Counted from the first letter of the stretch, positions 9,057 to 18,146 are shown. The stretch: 34,570 bases of DNA from Synergistaceae bacterium (GCA_017394925.1 JAFPWQ010000058.1:1-34570); one strand, 5' to 3'. Translations and numbers: made by a program. Notes: generated by a model not told the origin, from the letters alone.

Positions 9057-10268
9057 TTAATACGAAGGCACATAAACAAGTCCGCGTGTGTTCACTACAT
9101 CGAGATTTGAATATTCGCGGTTACGGACTTCAACTATATAAACGTCTCTCTGATATGGTCTGTGAAGACTGGGTGATATGTTCAGAACCTGATTCCCAAA
9201 CGGAATTGCCTGAGTGCGTGATAAATTGCGCAATAATTCAGCTCTGGGCATGTTATCCACAGGCTGAGGCATAATATCTACTGCGCGTTTCAGCCATTCA
9301 TAAAGTGCAATAGCTCTTCCTGCCGCAACATTATCATCAATTCTCATTGCGCGCGTCCGCCATAAGAGTCTCTTTGTCTCAATGAATCCTCCGAGTGAAT
9401 CAAGTAATACATTCTGATCTGCAAAAATCATTCCGCGACATGAAAGATATGTGCTGTCCGGCTCTGATACGTTCCATAACCGCCATGATGAACGCAGACG
9501 CATAAAATTACGCCATATTTCGCGTGCTCCCATTCCGCCCATGAATGAAATTACTACTCCGGCCTTCTCTCCTTCATAGCTTTCGATCTCTTCCGACATC
9601 ATTCTGAATGTGTCATGAACAGATGCGTCCGCCCAGTAAGGCATAGGCATAAATCCTGCGTTATCGAGCATGGCATAGCATATCTTAGCTTCACGTTCCT
9701 GATTCACTGTGAAACGGCTTGCGGCTAATGCGATTCTCTTCTCTTTGTCGTTAGCATAAATTCTCTTCGCATATTCGGCAAACGCAGCGCACCTGTAATC
9801 ACGGTATAGATCAAGTGCAAAAATATTAACAGCAGGACGGCCGCCCCTGTCTATTAATACATTTTCTCCTCCGGCTATCATTAACGGAATTTCATGGCCT
9901 GAGAGACGCGCAACAAGAATTCTGTCTGCTTCGGGTGAAAGTGCAAAGCTCATTATTGCTATCGTGTGAGAATCAAAATTCAATCTCACAGTACGCATAA
10001 TATCTGCATCACCTGAGATATTTATCTTCGTGAACTTCACATCATGGCCGCCTATGCCGTTGCTGCTTTCTGAAATTTCACGCTCACACCATGACAACGC
10101 AGTACTGATTGATTTTCCTGGTTCAGATTCCCAGCCGCTTAACGGAGGTACGACTAAGACGTTCCATACCCAGTCATGATTTTGAGTCTGAATCTGAGAC
10201 TGAGCACAGAACGCCGTAGTATTCGATGTGCATAAAAAAATTACGAGTAACGCAAAAATTTTACGCAT
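9057..10268 (-). CDS. Secreted periplasmic-binding-protein-like protein (type 1 PBP, LivJ/LivK-like fold suspected); orphan, with no adjacent ABC permease or ATPase
   Basis: It has a signal peptide (MRKIFALLVIFLCTSNTTAFCAQ). The overall pattern resembles Leu/Ile/Val-type binding proteins, but the assignment rests on weak pattern recognition only. Confidence 0.4.
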   Translation of the reverse strand: MRKIFALLVIFLCTSNTTAFCAQSQIQTQNHDWVWNVLVVPPLSGWESEPGKSISTALSWCEREISESSNGIGGHDVKFTKINISGDADIMRTVRLNFDSHTIAIMSFALSPEADRILVARLSGHEIPLMIAGGENVLIDRGGRPAVNIFALDLYRDYRCAAFAEYAKRIYANDKEKRIALAASRFTVNQEREAKICYAMLDNAGFMPMPYWADASVHDTFRMMSEEIESYEGEKAGVVISFMGGMGAREIWRNFMRLRSSWRLWNVSEPDSTYLSCRGMIFADQNVLLDSLGGFIETKRLLWRTRAMRIDDNVAAGRAIALYEWLKRAVDIMPQPVDNMPRAELLRNLSRTQAIPFGNQVLNISPSLHRPYQRDVYIVEVRNREYSNLDVVNTRGLVYVPSY

Positions 10269-10287
10269 TTGGATTAACGCGATTAAA

Positions 10288-10746
10288 TTATTTCTTTTTC
10301 GATAACTGCTGAATTACGTCCTGAGTAATATCAACTCCGCCGATTAACACTACGAATTTATCAAGCACAAGCGTTAATTTTTTCTTCACTGCAACTTCAC
10401 GAACTGCCTGCTCGCAATCACGATATATCGGAGCCATTAATCTCTGCTCTTCCTGTGCAAGTTCCATTCTCTTCTGCTGAACTGCCTGTGCCTTTTTCGC
10501 TGTGTCAGTCTCTTTGTCTGCCGCTGCTTTGGCTTCGTTCTCTTTCTTTCTCGCTATTTCTGATAACTGCTGACGTACCTGATTCAGTCTCGGATGATTA
10601 TTGAGAATATCTCCCCTGTCGACTATGCCAACGAAATCTGCTCCTGAAGGTGCTGCTGGTTTCTTTGCGGCGGCATATGCGGGTGAAAAACTGAGAACTG
10701 AAAGAGACAACATGATGACGAGTGATAATACTTTCTTAAATGACAT
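10288..10746 (-). CDS. skp: OmpH/Skp-family periplasmic chaperone
   Basis: 152 aa with a signal peptide ending AYA and a long charged helical region (typical Skp size and composition). GGGAGG RBS. Confidence 0.75.
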   Translation of the reverse strand: MSFKKVLSLVIMLSLSVLSFSPAYAAAKKPAAPSGADFVGIVDRGDILNNHPRLNQVRQQLSEIARKKENEAKAAADKETDTAKKAQAVQQKRMELAQEEQRLMAPIYRDCEQAVREVAVKKKLTLVLDKFVVLIGGVDITQDVIQQLSKKK

Positions 10747-10859
10747 TATAATAATATTCCTCCCTAAAATGTTAAAACAAAACTGCTTTTGAAGTTACGC
10801 AAATTTTTTTGTGCTGAATTCTAGCATTCACTGTTTGAGCCTTAAAACGTCAAGATTAC

Positions 10860-11330
10860 TTAATAGTCCCTGCTTATTATATTCTGACGCTCAAGTATCT
10901 TCATTAACGGCACCCCAATTATATAACATGCTCCGGCCTCACCAAGTCCCACGTAAATGCATGTCGCAATCAGCGGAACATTAATCAGAACATGCAGCAT
11001 AGTTCCAATTATGACTGCATTCGAGAGTACAGGCCATAATGCCGCGATGTATATATTCTTTGACTTGTGCGTTAAGATTGCAGCTATGAGTGTCGCTAGT
11101 GATCCGAAGATTATATCCGTGAGACCATAACCCCCGAAGAAATTCGAGACTATACAGCCGGCAAGTAATCCGGGTATCGCTTCGGGCATGTAGTAAGGCA
11201 ATAACGTTAATGCTTCCGAGACTCTGAACTGTACAGGGCCGTATGATATTTCCGCAAGTGAAATTGTCAGAACTGCATAGAGTGCCGCAATTAATGCTCC
11301 CCTTGCTAATTTTCTGTTGAATGTGTTGAT
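10860..11330 (-). CDS. queT: QueT-family queuosine-precursor transporter (ECF S-component-like), apparently with a non-canonical start codon
   Basis: The ORF track gives only 10860-11201 (TTG start). The frame stays open up to the TAA at 11364-11366. The upstream codons encode the conserved QueT N-terminus (KLARGALIAALYAVLTISLAEISYGPVQFRVSEAL). There is no ATG, GTG or TTG in those 54 codons. AAGGAG lies 9 nt upstream of ATC at 11328-11330. Confidence 0.6.
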   Translation of the reverse strand: MNTFNRKLARGALIAALYAVLTISLAEISYGPVQFRVSEALTLLPYYMPEAIPGLLAGCIVSNFFGGYGLTDIIFGSLATLIAAILTHKSKNIYIAALWPVLSNAVIIGTMLHVLINVPLIATCIYVGLGEAGACYIIGVPLMKILERQNIISRDY

Positions 11331-11332
11331 GT

Positions 11333-13063
11333 CTATTCGCTCCTTAATTTTATTCTGAGGGATTTATCTGCTCTTATTCTGAAAAGCTCAGGCACATTCT
11401 TTAATTCATCAAGACTATTCACATTCACATAAAGAGGCTGTGAGTCTTCTCCTGGATCCATAACGAATATACCTGCTTCATCGAATGCCTGTATTATTTC
11501 CCCACGCTTTATTGTACTACATTCAATCTCAATGATATAACCGTAAGGAGGCTGCATGTATTCTTCGCGCTGTTTTAATTCATCGGTAATAAATTTCTCC
11601 CAGCCCTGAGATAAAAAATTCGCGAGCTTCATTCCTGCTTTGCGTGCCTGAATTAATATTTTCCTCTGCGAATCTCTTTTGCGTCCGCGCCAGTATGATT
11701 CATAAAGCATGTTGAAGACGTTATAACGCGTATTGTAATCCGGTCTCCATAACTCTAAATCTAAATCGAGCCACGCAATTAATTCCGGCTGAATCTTACT
11801 GCATAATTCAAGCCCTCTGTGAGTACTCAGAATAAGGCCGTGCATTTGTGTTTTCTTCATGCCCTCCGCGTAAATGTGAACATCGTTGTAATATTTCTTC
11901 ACGATTTGAATTAACGCATCAAGTCCCGGCCTCCTGCCCTTAAAGAACGCATAACCGCAGTTCTCACACTTTAACGGGAATTCTCTGCTCTTTCTGCATG
12001 TCTCGCACCACAAAATATTACCGTCATCCATGCTCTTCATGACACGTCCGCACTTGTCGCACTTAACTGAATGTCCGCAGTTCTCACAGAATACTTCAGA
12101 TGATTCGCCCAGCCTGCTTAATATCCAGATGACATTATGATTTTGCATTAGTGCCTTATACGTTCGCTTAATCAGTGAGAATGTCAAAGGGATAGTGCCT
12201 TCAATGCCGTGAATTTCTTCGCGCTTTGAATTATGAATATCCGCGAGAATAATATTTTTTCGTTCGGGCTTTACGCTTTCTTTTGGTCTGGTGCGTATAT
12301 ATGTCTTTAGTGATGGCATTCTTCCTGCTGTGATTAATTCTGCTCCGAGTGAAACGGCTCTGTGTCCTGCAAGACTTCGGGCTGAGATATTCAGACGCGG
12401 AATAATATAATTCATGCTTGCTTCGTCTTCGATGATTATGCGTTCGGGGCTTAAAGGCGCAAATACTCCGGCAGGTGATGCAATTACGATTCTGAATCGC
12501 TGAGTGTATGCAGACATCCATGACGCGAATAACTTATTGCCCCGTGAATACAGCAATGATTCATTCTTTATGTGTTCAGGCAGATTTGAATAGAAATTCT
12601 TTGCATATTCACTTGTCGGAAATAATATCAGTGTTCGTTCAGGTCTCTCAAGTTCATTCACGAAAAAATTAACCCGCTCATCATCAAACGGGTTAAAATA
12701 ATTTCTCTCGTGAAAATTCTTCTCTGCATTCACAATTTCAGGCGGAGGGTTTATCTTTGCACCGTCAGTTAATGCTCTGGGCAATATCACTCTCAGTGCC
12801 TCACCAGCTCCGCAGAAACATACGCGCCCTGCATACATGACCATGTTCCATATGTCATGAGGGATAATGCACCTGTCATCGATTACGCCTGCAATATGTT
12901 TAACCGCAAAATTAACAGGCGATTCATGTTGGCCGGTAACGAATCCGACATGCATATGATTCTGAACAGGCACAATCACACGTACACCCGGATTTAATTT
13001 CACCGGGCATTCATACGTGAGCGAGCTTAAAGACATTTCCGGGACTGCAACATCAACCAGCAA
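11333..13063 (-). CDS. priA: Primosomal protein N' (PriA) homologue with degenerate helicase motifs
   Basis: PriA-type N-terminus (VDVAVP...LTY..P..L.PGVRVIVPV) and a four-CxxC zinc-binding insert (CENCGHSVKCDKCG...CETC...CENCG). It sits after coaBC as in the conserved rpoZ-coaBC-priA order. No GxGKT Walker A is present, and DEAS replaces DExH. The TTG start overlaps the coaBC stop. Confidence 0.8.
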   Translation of the reverse strand: MLVDVAVPEMSLSSLTYECPVKLNPGVRVIVPVQNHMHVGFVTGQHESPVNFAVKHIAGVIDDRCIIPHDIWNMVMYAGRVCFCGAGEALRVILPRALTDGAKINPPPEIVNAEKNFHERNYFNPFDDERVNFFVNELERPERTLILFPTSEYAKNFYSNLPEHIKNESLLYSRGNKLFASWMSAYTQRFRIVIASPAGVFAPLSPERIIIEDEASMNYIIPRLNISARSLAGHRAVSLGAELITAGRMPSLKTYIRTRPKESVKPERKNIILADIHNSKREEIHGIEGTIPLTFSLIKRTYKALMQNHNVIWILSRLGESSEVFCENCGHSVKCDKCGRVMKSMDDGNILWCETCRKSREFPLKCENCGYAFFKGRRPGLDALIQIVKKYYNDVHIYAEGMKKTQMHGLILSTHRGLELCSKIQPELIAWLDLDLELWRPDYNTRYNVFNMLYESYWRGRKRDSQRKILIQARKAGMKLANFLSQGWEKFITDELKQREEYMQPPYGYIIEIECSTIKRGEIIQAFDEAGIFVMDPGEDSQPLYVNVNSLDELKNVPELFRIRADKSLRIKLRSE

Positions 13064-14249
13064 TTATTTCACTCCAGATGTCATATGCAATTTCATTCTT
13101 GAGACCTGAGATAATTTTTTCGGGCTTCGATTCATCACGCGGAATCAATCTAATTGTGTTCATGTCAGATGCAAAGCCGGAATTTTCAGCAAGAACATCA
13201 TTTGCGAGTATGTAATCTAAATTCTTGCGCTCAAGTTTTAAGCGTGCGTTGCTTTCAATGTCATCTGTTTCTGCCGCAAATCCAACGAGAATTTGATTCT
13301 CACGTTTCACCTTTCCGATTTCAGCAGCTATATCTGGATTCTGAATCAGCTCAACCGTAAGTGTGTCTTTATCTCCGCGTTTAATCTTGCGTTCATGAAT
13401 CTCTTTCGCTCTGTAATCCCCTACAGCCGCAGCCTTGATGATATAGTCAGACCATTCAAGATTATTCATGACGGCATTGAGCATATCACTTGCGCTCTTA
13501 ACGTGAATCACATCAAGCCCGTACGAATCAATCTCAACCGGCCCGGCAATAACTCTCACGTCCGCACCTCTGTACCATGCTGTACGTGCCATTGACGCGC
13601 CCATTTTACCCGTTGAAGGATTCGAGATGTAACGCACAGGGTCTATATACTCGTGAGTCGGTCCGGCAGTAACGAGTACATGCTTTCCGGCCATGTCGTG
13701 AAGTGGGCATAATGACCTGAATATCTCATGCATAATTTCTTCAGGCTCAGGCATTCTTCCCTTTCCTGAATCACCGCAGGCCAATGCTCCGGTTAAAGGC
13801 TCCGCAATGTGAATATTACGCTCACTGAGTATGCGAATGTTCTCCCGTGTCGAAGGATTATCGTACATGCGTTCATTCATCGCAGGAAAAATTATCACGG
13901 GACATTTTGCGGCAGAGAATGCAGAAGTGAGAAGATTATCGGCGATTCCGTGTGCAAGTTTCGCGAGCGTGTTGGCTGTGCATGGTGCAATCACTAAGAC
14001 TTCGGCCCATTGCGATAATTTTATGTGAGGGATTCGGAAGTCAAAATCTTTATCGCGCCATACTTCATGGCCTGAAAGAGTTGAAAGCGTCATAGGCGTA
14101 ACGAAATTTGATGATGCTTCCGTCATGATGATTTCAACTTCACAGCCTGCCTTCTTTATCAGCCTCACCAGTGAAGGAATCTTATACGCCGCTATTCCTC
14201 CCGTAATGCCGAGCAAAATTTTCCGTTCAGTCTTCCAGTTATTGCTCAT
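13053..14249 (-). CDS. coaBC: Bifunctional phosphopantothenoylcysteine decarboxylase / phosphopantothenate-cysteine ligase
   Basis: 398 aa with an N-terminal flavoprotein motif (LGITGGIAAYK) and a C-terminal CoaB domain. Synteny with rpoZ and priA. Confidence 0.93.
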   Translation of the reverse strand: MSNNWKTERKILLGITGGIAAYKIPSLVRLIKKAGCEVEIIMTEASSNFVTPMTLSTLSGHEVWRDKDFDFRIPHIKLSQWAEVLVIAPCTANTLAKLAHGIADNLLTSAFSAAKCPVIIFPAMNERMYDNPSTRENIRILSERNIHIAEPLTGALACGDSGKGRMPEPEEIMHEIFRSLCPLHDMAGKHVLVTAGPTHEYIDPVRYISNPSTGKMGASMARTAWYRGADVRVIAGPVEIDSYGLDVIHVKSASDMLNAVMNNLEWSDYIIKAAAVGDYRAKEIHERKIKRGDKDTLTVELIQNPDIAAEIGKVKRENQILVGFAAETDDIESNARLKLERKNLDYILANDVLAENSGFASDMNTIRLIPRDESKPEKIISGLKNEIAYDIWSEIIAG

Positions 14250-14251
14250 TA

Positions 14252-14458
14252 TTATTCTTTATGTGCGTTAATTGGGCTTTTACCTTCTTCGATTTCAAGC
14301 AGGACGTTTGAAATAAATCTTTCATTGCCCGGATTGCTTTTATCTATGGGAGTCTCTTCGCTTTCACGTCTGGCCTCTGCTGCAACTTTGGCTGTGATTT
14401 CGTATTTGTTATCAGTTCCGCATTTCTCTGCAAGCCATTCAAGATCATAAAATTTCAT
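14252..14458 (-). CDS. rpoZ: DNA-directed RNA polymerase subunit omega
   Basis: Small protein with an NKYEITAKVAAEARR motif (compare NRYxLvxxAakRAR). It lies immediately upstream of coaBC. The preferred start is ATG 14458, preceded by AGGAGG; the ORF track start at 14488 is probably too long. Confidence 0.75.
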   Translation of the reverse strand: MKFYDLEWLAEKCGTDNKYEITAKVAAEARRESEETPIDKSNPGNERFISNVLLEIEEGKSPINAHKE

Positions 14459-14503
14459 TGTGTTTATTCCTCCTGTTGTGTAATGCATTATATTTTAGCG
14501 CAT

Positions 14504-14537
14504 AAAAAAATTCCCTCTGCCTTAACGACAAAGGGAA
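14504..14537 (-). terminator. Rho-independent terminator after the TerD pair (minus strand)
   Basis: TTCCCT (14511-14516) pairs with AGGGAA (14532-14537). The A7 run at 14504-14510 gives a U-tract on the minus strand. Confidence 0.75.
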
Positions 14538-14603
14538 CATAATTCACTCTAATCTGAATCTCAAAAGCTGATTCATTAATGCCCGGTTGCATATTATGTT
14601 CCG

Positions 14604-15194
14604 TTATCTGAATCTCGCGGCTAATTCCTCAATACTTGCGTCTTTCGTACCCTGACCGATAGCGTTGAATTTCCATTGTCCATTGCGTAAATATATTTCA
14701 CCGAATACCATTGCGGTCATGCCCTCATAATTTTCAGTTAAATTATATCTGCAAAGCTCGGTGTTACTTTCAGCATCAATGATTCGTATAAATGCATTCT
14801 GAATCATTCCGAAGTTCTGATTACGTTCATGAGAGTTATAGATGTTCACGACAAATATAATTCTGTCATATTCTCCCGGAAGTGCATCAAGATTAACAAA
14901 TATCTGTTCGTCATCGCCTTCTCCATCGCCGGTTAAGTTATCGCCCATGTGAGTGATACATCCGCTCTTATGTTTCAGATTGCCATAGTAAACAACATCA
15001 TCATTGCTCATGAGTTTTCCGTTTCTGCACACAAAGACCGTAGCATCACAGTCAATGTTATGAGTTCTGCGCGAAAAGAAGCCTCCTGAAGTTTTAGCCG
15101 CGTCCCAGCCCAGACCAATCATGACTCGTCTCAATGTACTTCCGTCTGATTTCCTGAGTTCTACTTTCTGACCCTTCTGCAAATTCACCGCCAT
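14604..15194 (-). CDS. TerD-family stress protein (TerD domain)
   Basis: 196 aa. MAVNLQKGQKVEL...GLGWD...[15 protein letters not shown] is the canonical TerD calcium-binding signature. Confidence 0.9.
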   Translation of the reverse strand: MAVNLQKGQKVELRKSDGSTLRRVMIGLGWDAAKTSGGFFSRRTHNIDCDATVFVCRNGKLMSNDDVVYYGNLKHKSGCITHMGDNLTGDGEGDDEQIFVNLDALPGEYDRIIFVVNIYNSHERNQNFGMIQNAFIRIIDAESNTELCRYNLTENYEGMTAMVFGEIYLRNGQWKFNAIGQGTKDASIEELAARFR

Positions 15195-15770
15195 TTACAC
15201 ATTCACTCCGAAATTCTGACATAACGCCCTGAGTCCGCCCTTAAAGCCCGAACCTATTGCGTTGAATTTCCATTCTGAACCCTGACGATATAATTCACCG
15301 ACAACTACAGCTGTCTCAATCGAAAAGTCTTCGCCCAAGTCATAGCGGATTAACTCAGCATTCTTTGCCTCATCAATGATTCGTATATATGCGTTCGAGA
15401 CCTGACCGAAATTTTGTTTTCGCTCTTCGGCCTCATGAATCGTGGCGGTGAATGCAATCTTATCGACATTAGCCGGAACTTTTGAGAGTTCGACTTTGAT
15501 TTGCTCATCGTCTCCTTCTCCTGCTCCAGTCAAATTATCTCCCATGTGCTGAACTGCCCCTGATGAATGTTTCAGGTTGTTGTAGAACACGAAATCAGAA
15601 TCAGCTCGTACTTTTCCGTTTGTGCCGAGCATAAACGCTGCTGTGTCCAGATCAAACGCCGAGCCTCCGTCATATTTATTCACGTCCCAGCCAAGCCCGA
15701 CGATTATTTTTGAGAGTCCCGGATTACCTTTCGTTAAGTCAACCTTCTGGCCTTTGAATAAACTTATCAT
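15195..15770 (-). CDS. TerD-family stress protein (TerD/TerE-like)
   Basis: 191 aa. [14 protein letters not shown]...GLGWD...[15 protein letters not shown]. Its TAA stop directly abuts the ATG of the downstream paralogue. Confidence 0.9.
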   Translation of the reverse strand: MISLFKGQKVDLTKGNPGLSKIIVGLGWDVNKYDGGSAFDLDTAAFMLGTNGKVRADSDFVFYNNLKHSSGAVQHMGDNLTGAGEGDDEQIKVELSKVPANVDKIAFTATIHEAEERKQNFGQVSNAYIRIIDEAKNAELIRYDLGEDFSIETAVVVGELYRQGSEWKFNAIGSGFKGGLRALCQNFGVNV

Positions 15771-15863
15771 GTGAAAAGATACCTCCCTGAGAAAAAAATT
15801 TCGGTCATTATAGCAAGATTAAATATAAAATATATGAACATGAAAGTATGAAAGGCGGTACAC

Positions 15864-17132
15864 ATGGAACAGAAATTATTTACTGAACTTCGCACTTTGT
15901 ATCAGTCAGGAAAAGACAATGCAAGCGTGATTCGAATCCATATGCGCATGAGTGATTCAATAGAGCCGGATGCATTTCGTCATGCCGTTAATATGACTAT
16001 GAAACGTTACCCGTATTTCTGTGTTGAGTTGCAGAACAAAGAAGGCAGTTACGTTTTTGCTGAAAATCACAGGCCCGTTATCATCACAAATTCTCTTCGC
16101 GGCGTTGATTTAAATTCTGAGGAGTCTAATTTTCACATGATCGCTTTTGCATGGCATGATGACAAAATCATTCTCGATGTCTTTCACGCTCTGACTGACG
16201 GTACAGGCGCATATGAACTTCTCCGCACACTCTTATATTATTACTGCTCAGAACGTTATCATGCTGAATTAAATCGTGATGGCATTCGTCTTGCAGGTGA
16301 TGATATTCCTATTGAAGAATGGAATGACCCCGTTTTAACTGCCTCAGAACTTCCTGTTCCAACACATACAGATATATCAAAAGCTCTCAATCCAGCCGAA
16401 TATGTCCGGCATGAGAGCGATAACGTCAGGACTGTATACAGCGTATCTATTTCTGAATCTGAATTCATGCGCTTCGTTACACAGCATAACGGTACTCCCG
16501 GAACAATGACGGCTTTGTTTCTGAGCAGGGCAGTCGCAAAGTTATATCCTGATTCAGAAGACGCAATACGAATAGCTTTGTGTGTCAATCAGCGCAAGGC
16601 ACTTCATGCTCCTCTTGCACATCAGACATTAGTCGGCGGTGTCATGCTTGAATATAAAGACAAAATGCGGAACTGGCCTCTTGAGAAGCAGGTAACAGCT
16701 TATCGCGGAATGGTCATCGTACAGACACAGGAAGAAAAAGTGCTTGCAGGTGTGAATAGTCTTAAGGGCATTAATCAATTGCTGCTCTCAATGAAAAATG
16801 ACAATGAGAGATTAGCACTTGCAGGTAAAATTATCGCTCACACATTCGGCATTCTGACCGCAACTGTCAGTTATGTGGGAAAAGGGGACTTCAAAGAATC
16901 TGAAAAATATATACGTGATTTTCATTTATGGACATATCCGGGAGGCGGTGCAATCTTAATCGAAATATCTGCGGTCAGCGGACGATTTACTTTCGATATT
17001 ATGCAGCACTTTTCAAGCCCGGTTTATGTGAATGCGTTTCTTAAGGAGCTTGAAGATAACGGCATAAATTATGATTTCCAGAGTGTGAATAAACTTGAGC
17101 TGCCAAAAGTAAAATTATCCTGGAATATGTAA
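15864..17132 (+). CDS. Stand-alone HxxxD acyltransferase of the condensation/CAT-like superfamily (PapA5/WS-DGAT-like)
   Basis: 422-aa soluble protein with a catalytic-type motif FHALTDGTGAYEL (HxxxDG). No other domains were recognised. Family placement is tentative. Confidence 0.5.
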   Translation: MEQKLFTELRTLYQSGKDNASVIRIHMRMSDSIEPDAFRHAVNMTMKRYPYFCVELQNKEGSYVFAENHRPVIITNSLRGVDLNSEESNFHMIAFAWHDDKIILDVFHALTDGTGAYELLRTLLYYYCSERYHAELNRDGIRLAGDDIPIEEWNDPVLTASELPVPTHTDISKALNPAEYVRHESDNVRTVYSVSISESEFMRFVTQHNGTPGTMTALFLSRAVAKLYPDSEDAIRIALCVNQRKALHAPLAHQTLVGGVMLEYKDKMRNWPLEKQVTAYRGMVIVQTQEEKVLAGVNSLKGINQLLLSMKNDNERLALAGKIIAHTFGILTATVSYVGKGDFKESEKYIRDFHLWTYPGGGAILIEISAVSGRFTFDIMQHFSSPVYVNAFLKELEDNGINYDFQSVNKLELPKVKLSWNM

Positions 17133-17210
17133 TGAATTCATGTGAGTTTATATGATACTATTTACTCATCCCATTTAAATTATTTTTTCACAAAGAGGAG
17201 ATGTATCATT

Positions 17211-18146
17211 ATGAACTTTCTTCGCAAACTTAGTGATTCTCTTGGGCAATTCATGGCCGTTGTCGTAATAATTGCCGCTGCATTAGCGTTGTTCGTTCCT
17301 TCGAGTGCATCATGGATTCAAACTGAATGGATTAATCCGATATTAATGATAATCATGTTCGGAATGGGATTGAATCTCAGTCTGGATCATTTCAAGCTGC
17401 TGTCTACGAAGCCTCTTCATATTCTTCTCGGAATAATCGCACAGTTCGCAATCATGCCTGCACTCGCATTATTTTTATCTTTACTCTTCAAACTTGATGC
17501 TGATTTAATGACAGGAGTTGTTCTTGTCGGAACATGTCCGGGAGGAGTAGCAAGCAATACAATAACGTCAATGTCAAAAGGAGATACAACTTTGAGTGTT
17601 GAGATGACGAGCATAAATACAATTCTTGCTCCTTTCGCCACGCCTGCAATAACGTCCATGCTTCTGAATATAAGAGGAATTGAAGTTGATACTTTTGCGA
17701 TGACCTTCTCAATCATTCAGGTAGTAATCATTCCAATAGTATTGGGCTTAACCGTCAGCAAAATCTTTCCGAAAATCAATGATGCTCTCTCTGATGTTTC
17801 AAGGATTGTATCAATGATTGCAGTATGCTTAATCGCTATGTCTGTCATCTCCCGTAATGCAGAACAGATTCTTTCATCCGGTCTGTTAATCTTCACTGTA
17901 GTTATACTTCATAATCTTCTTGGATATGTCTGCGGGTTCATGCTTGGCAGTGCAATCGGAGTCAGCGATGCAAGAATCAAGGCACTCTCAATTGAAGTCG
18001 GGATACAGAATTCGAGTCTTGCTGTCAGTCTCGCAGAAAATATTTTTCCAGGTCTGGCAATGGCAGCTGTACCCGGTGCATTATTCACTGTGTGGCATAA
18101 CATATCGGGTGCATTATTAGCTTTATTATACAGACAATGGGAATAA
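17211..18146 (+). CDS. Bile acid:sodium symporter (BASS/SLC10) family transporter
   Basis: Polytopic membrane protein with a BASS-like pattern (FGMGL.L, GLILVGTCPGGVASN-like VGTCPGGVASNTITS, IEVGIQNSSLA). The preferred start is ATG 17211 after GAGGAG at 17195-17200; the ORF track start at 17142 is probably too long. Confidence 0.8.
   Translation: MNFLRKLSDSLGQFMAVVVIIAAALALFVPSSASWIQTEWINPILMIIMFGMGLNLSLDHFKLLSTKPLHILLGIIAQFAIMPALALFLSLLFKLDADLMTGVVLVGTCPGGVASNTITSMSKGDTTLSVEMTSINTILAPFATPAITSMLLNIRGIEVDTFAMTFSIIQVVIIPIVLGLTVSKIFPKINDALSDVSRIVSMIAVCLIAMSVISRNAEQILSSGLLIFTVVILHNLLGYVCGFMLGSAIGVSDARIKALSIEVGIQNSSLAVSLAENIFPGLAMAAVPGALFTVWHNISGALLALLYRQWE

Noticed and set aside
11331-11420. preQ1 riboswitch upstream of queT
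   Set aside because: The region upstream of queT is the 3' end of the priA coding sequence. There is no intergenic space and no recognisable preQ1 aptamer hairpin.
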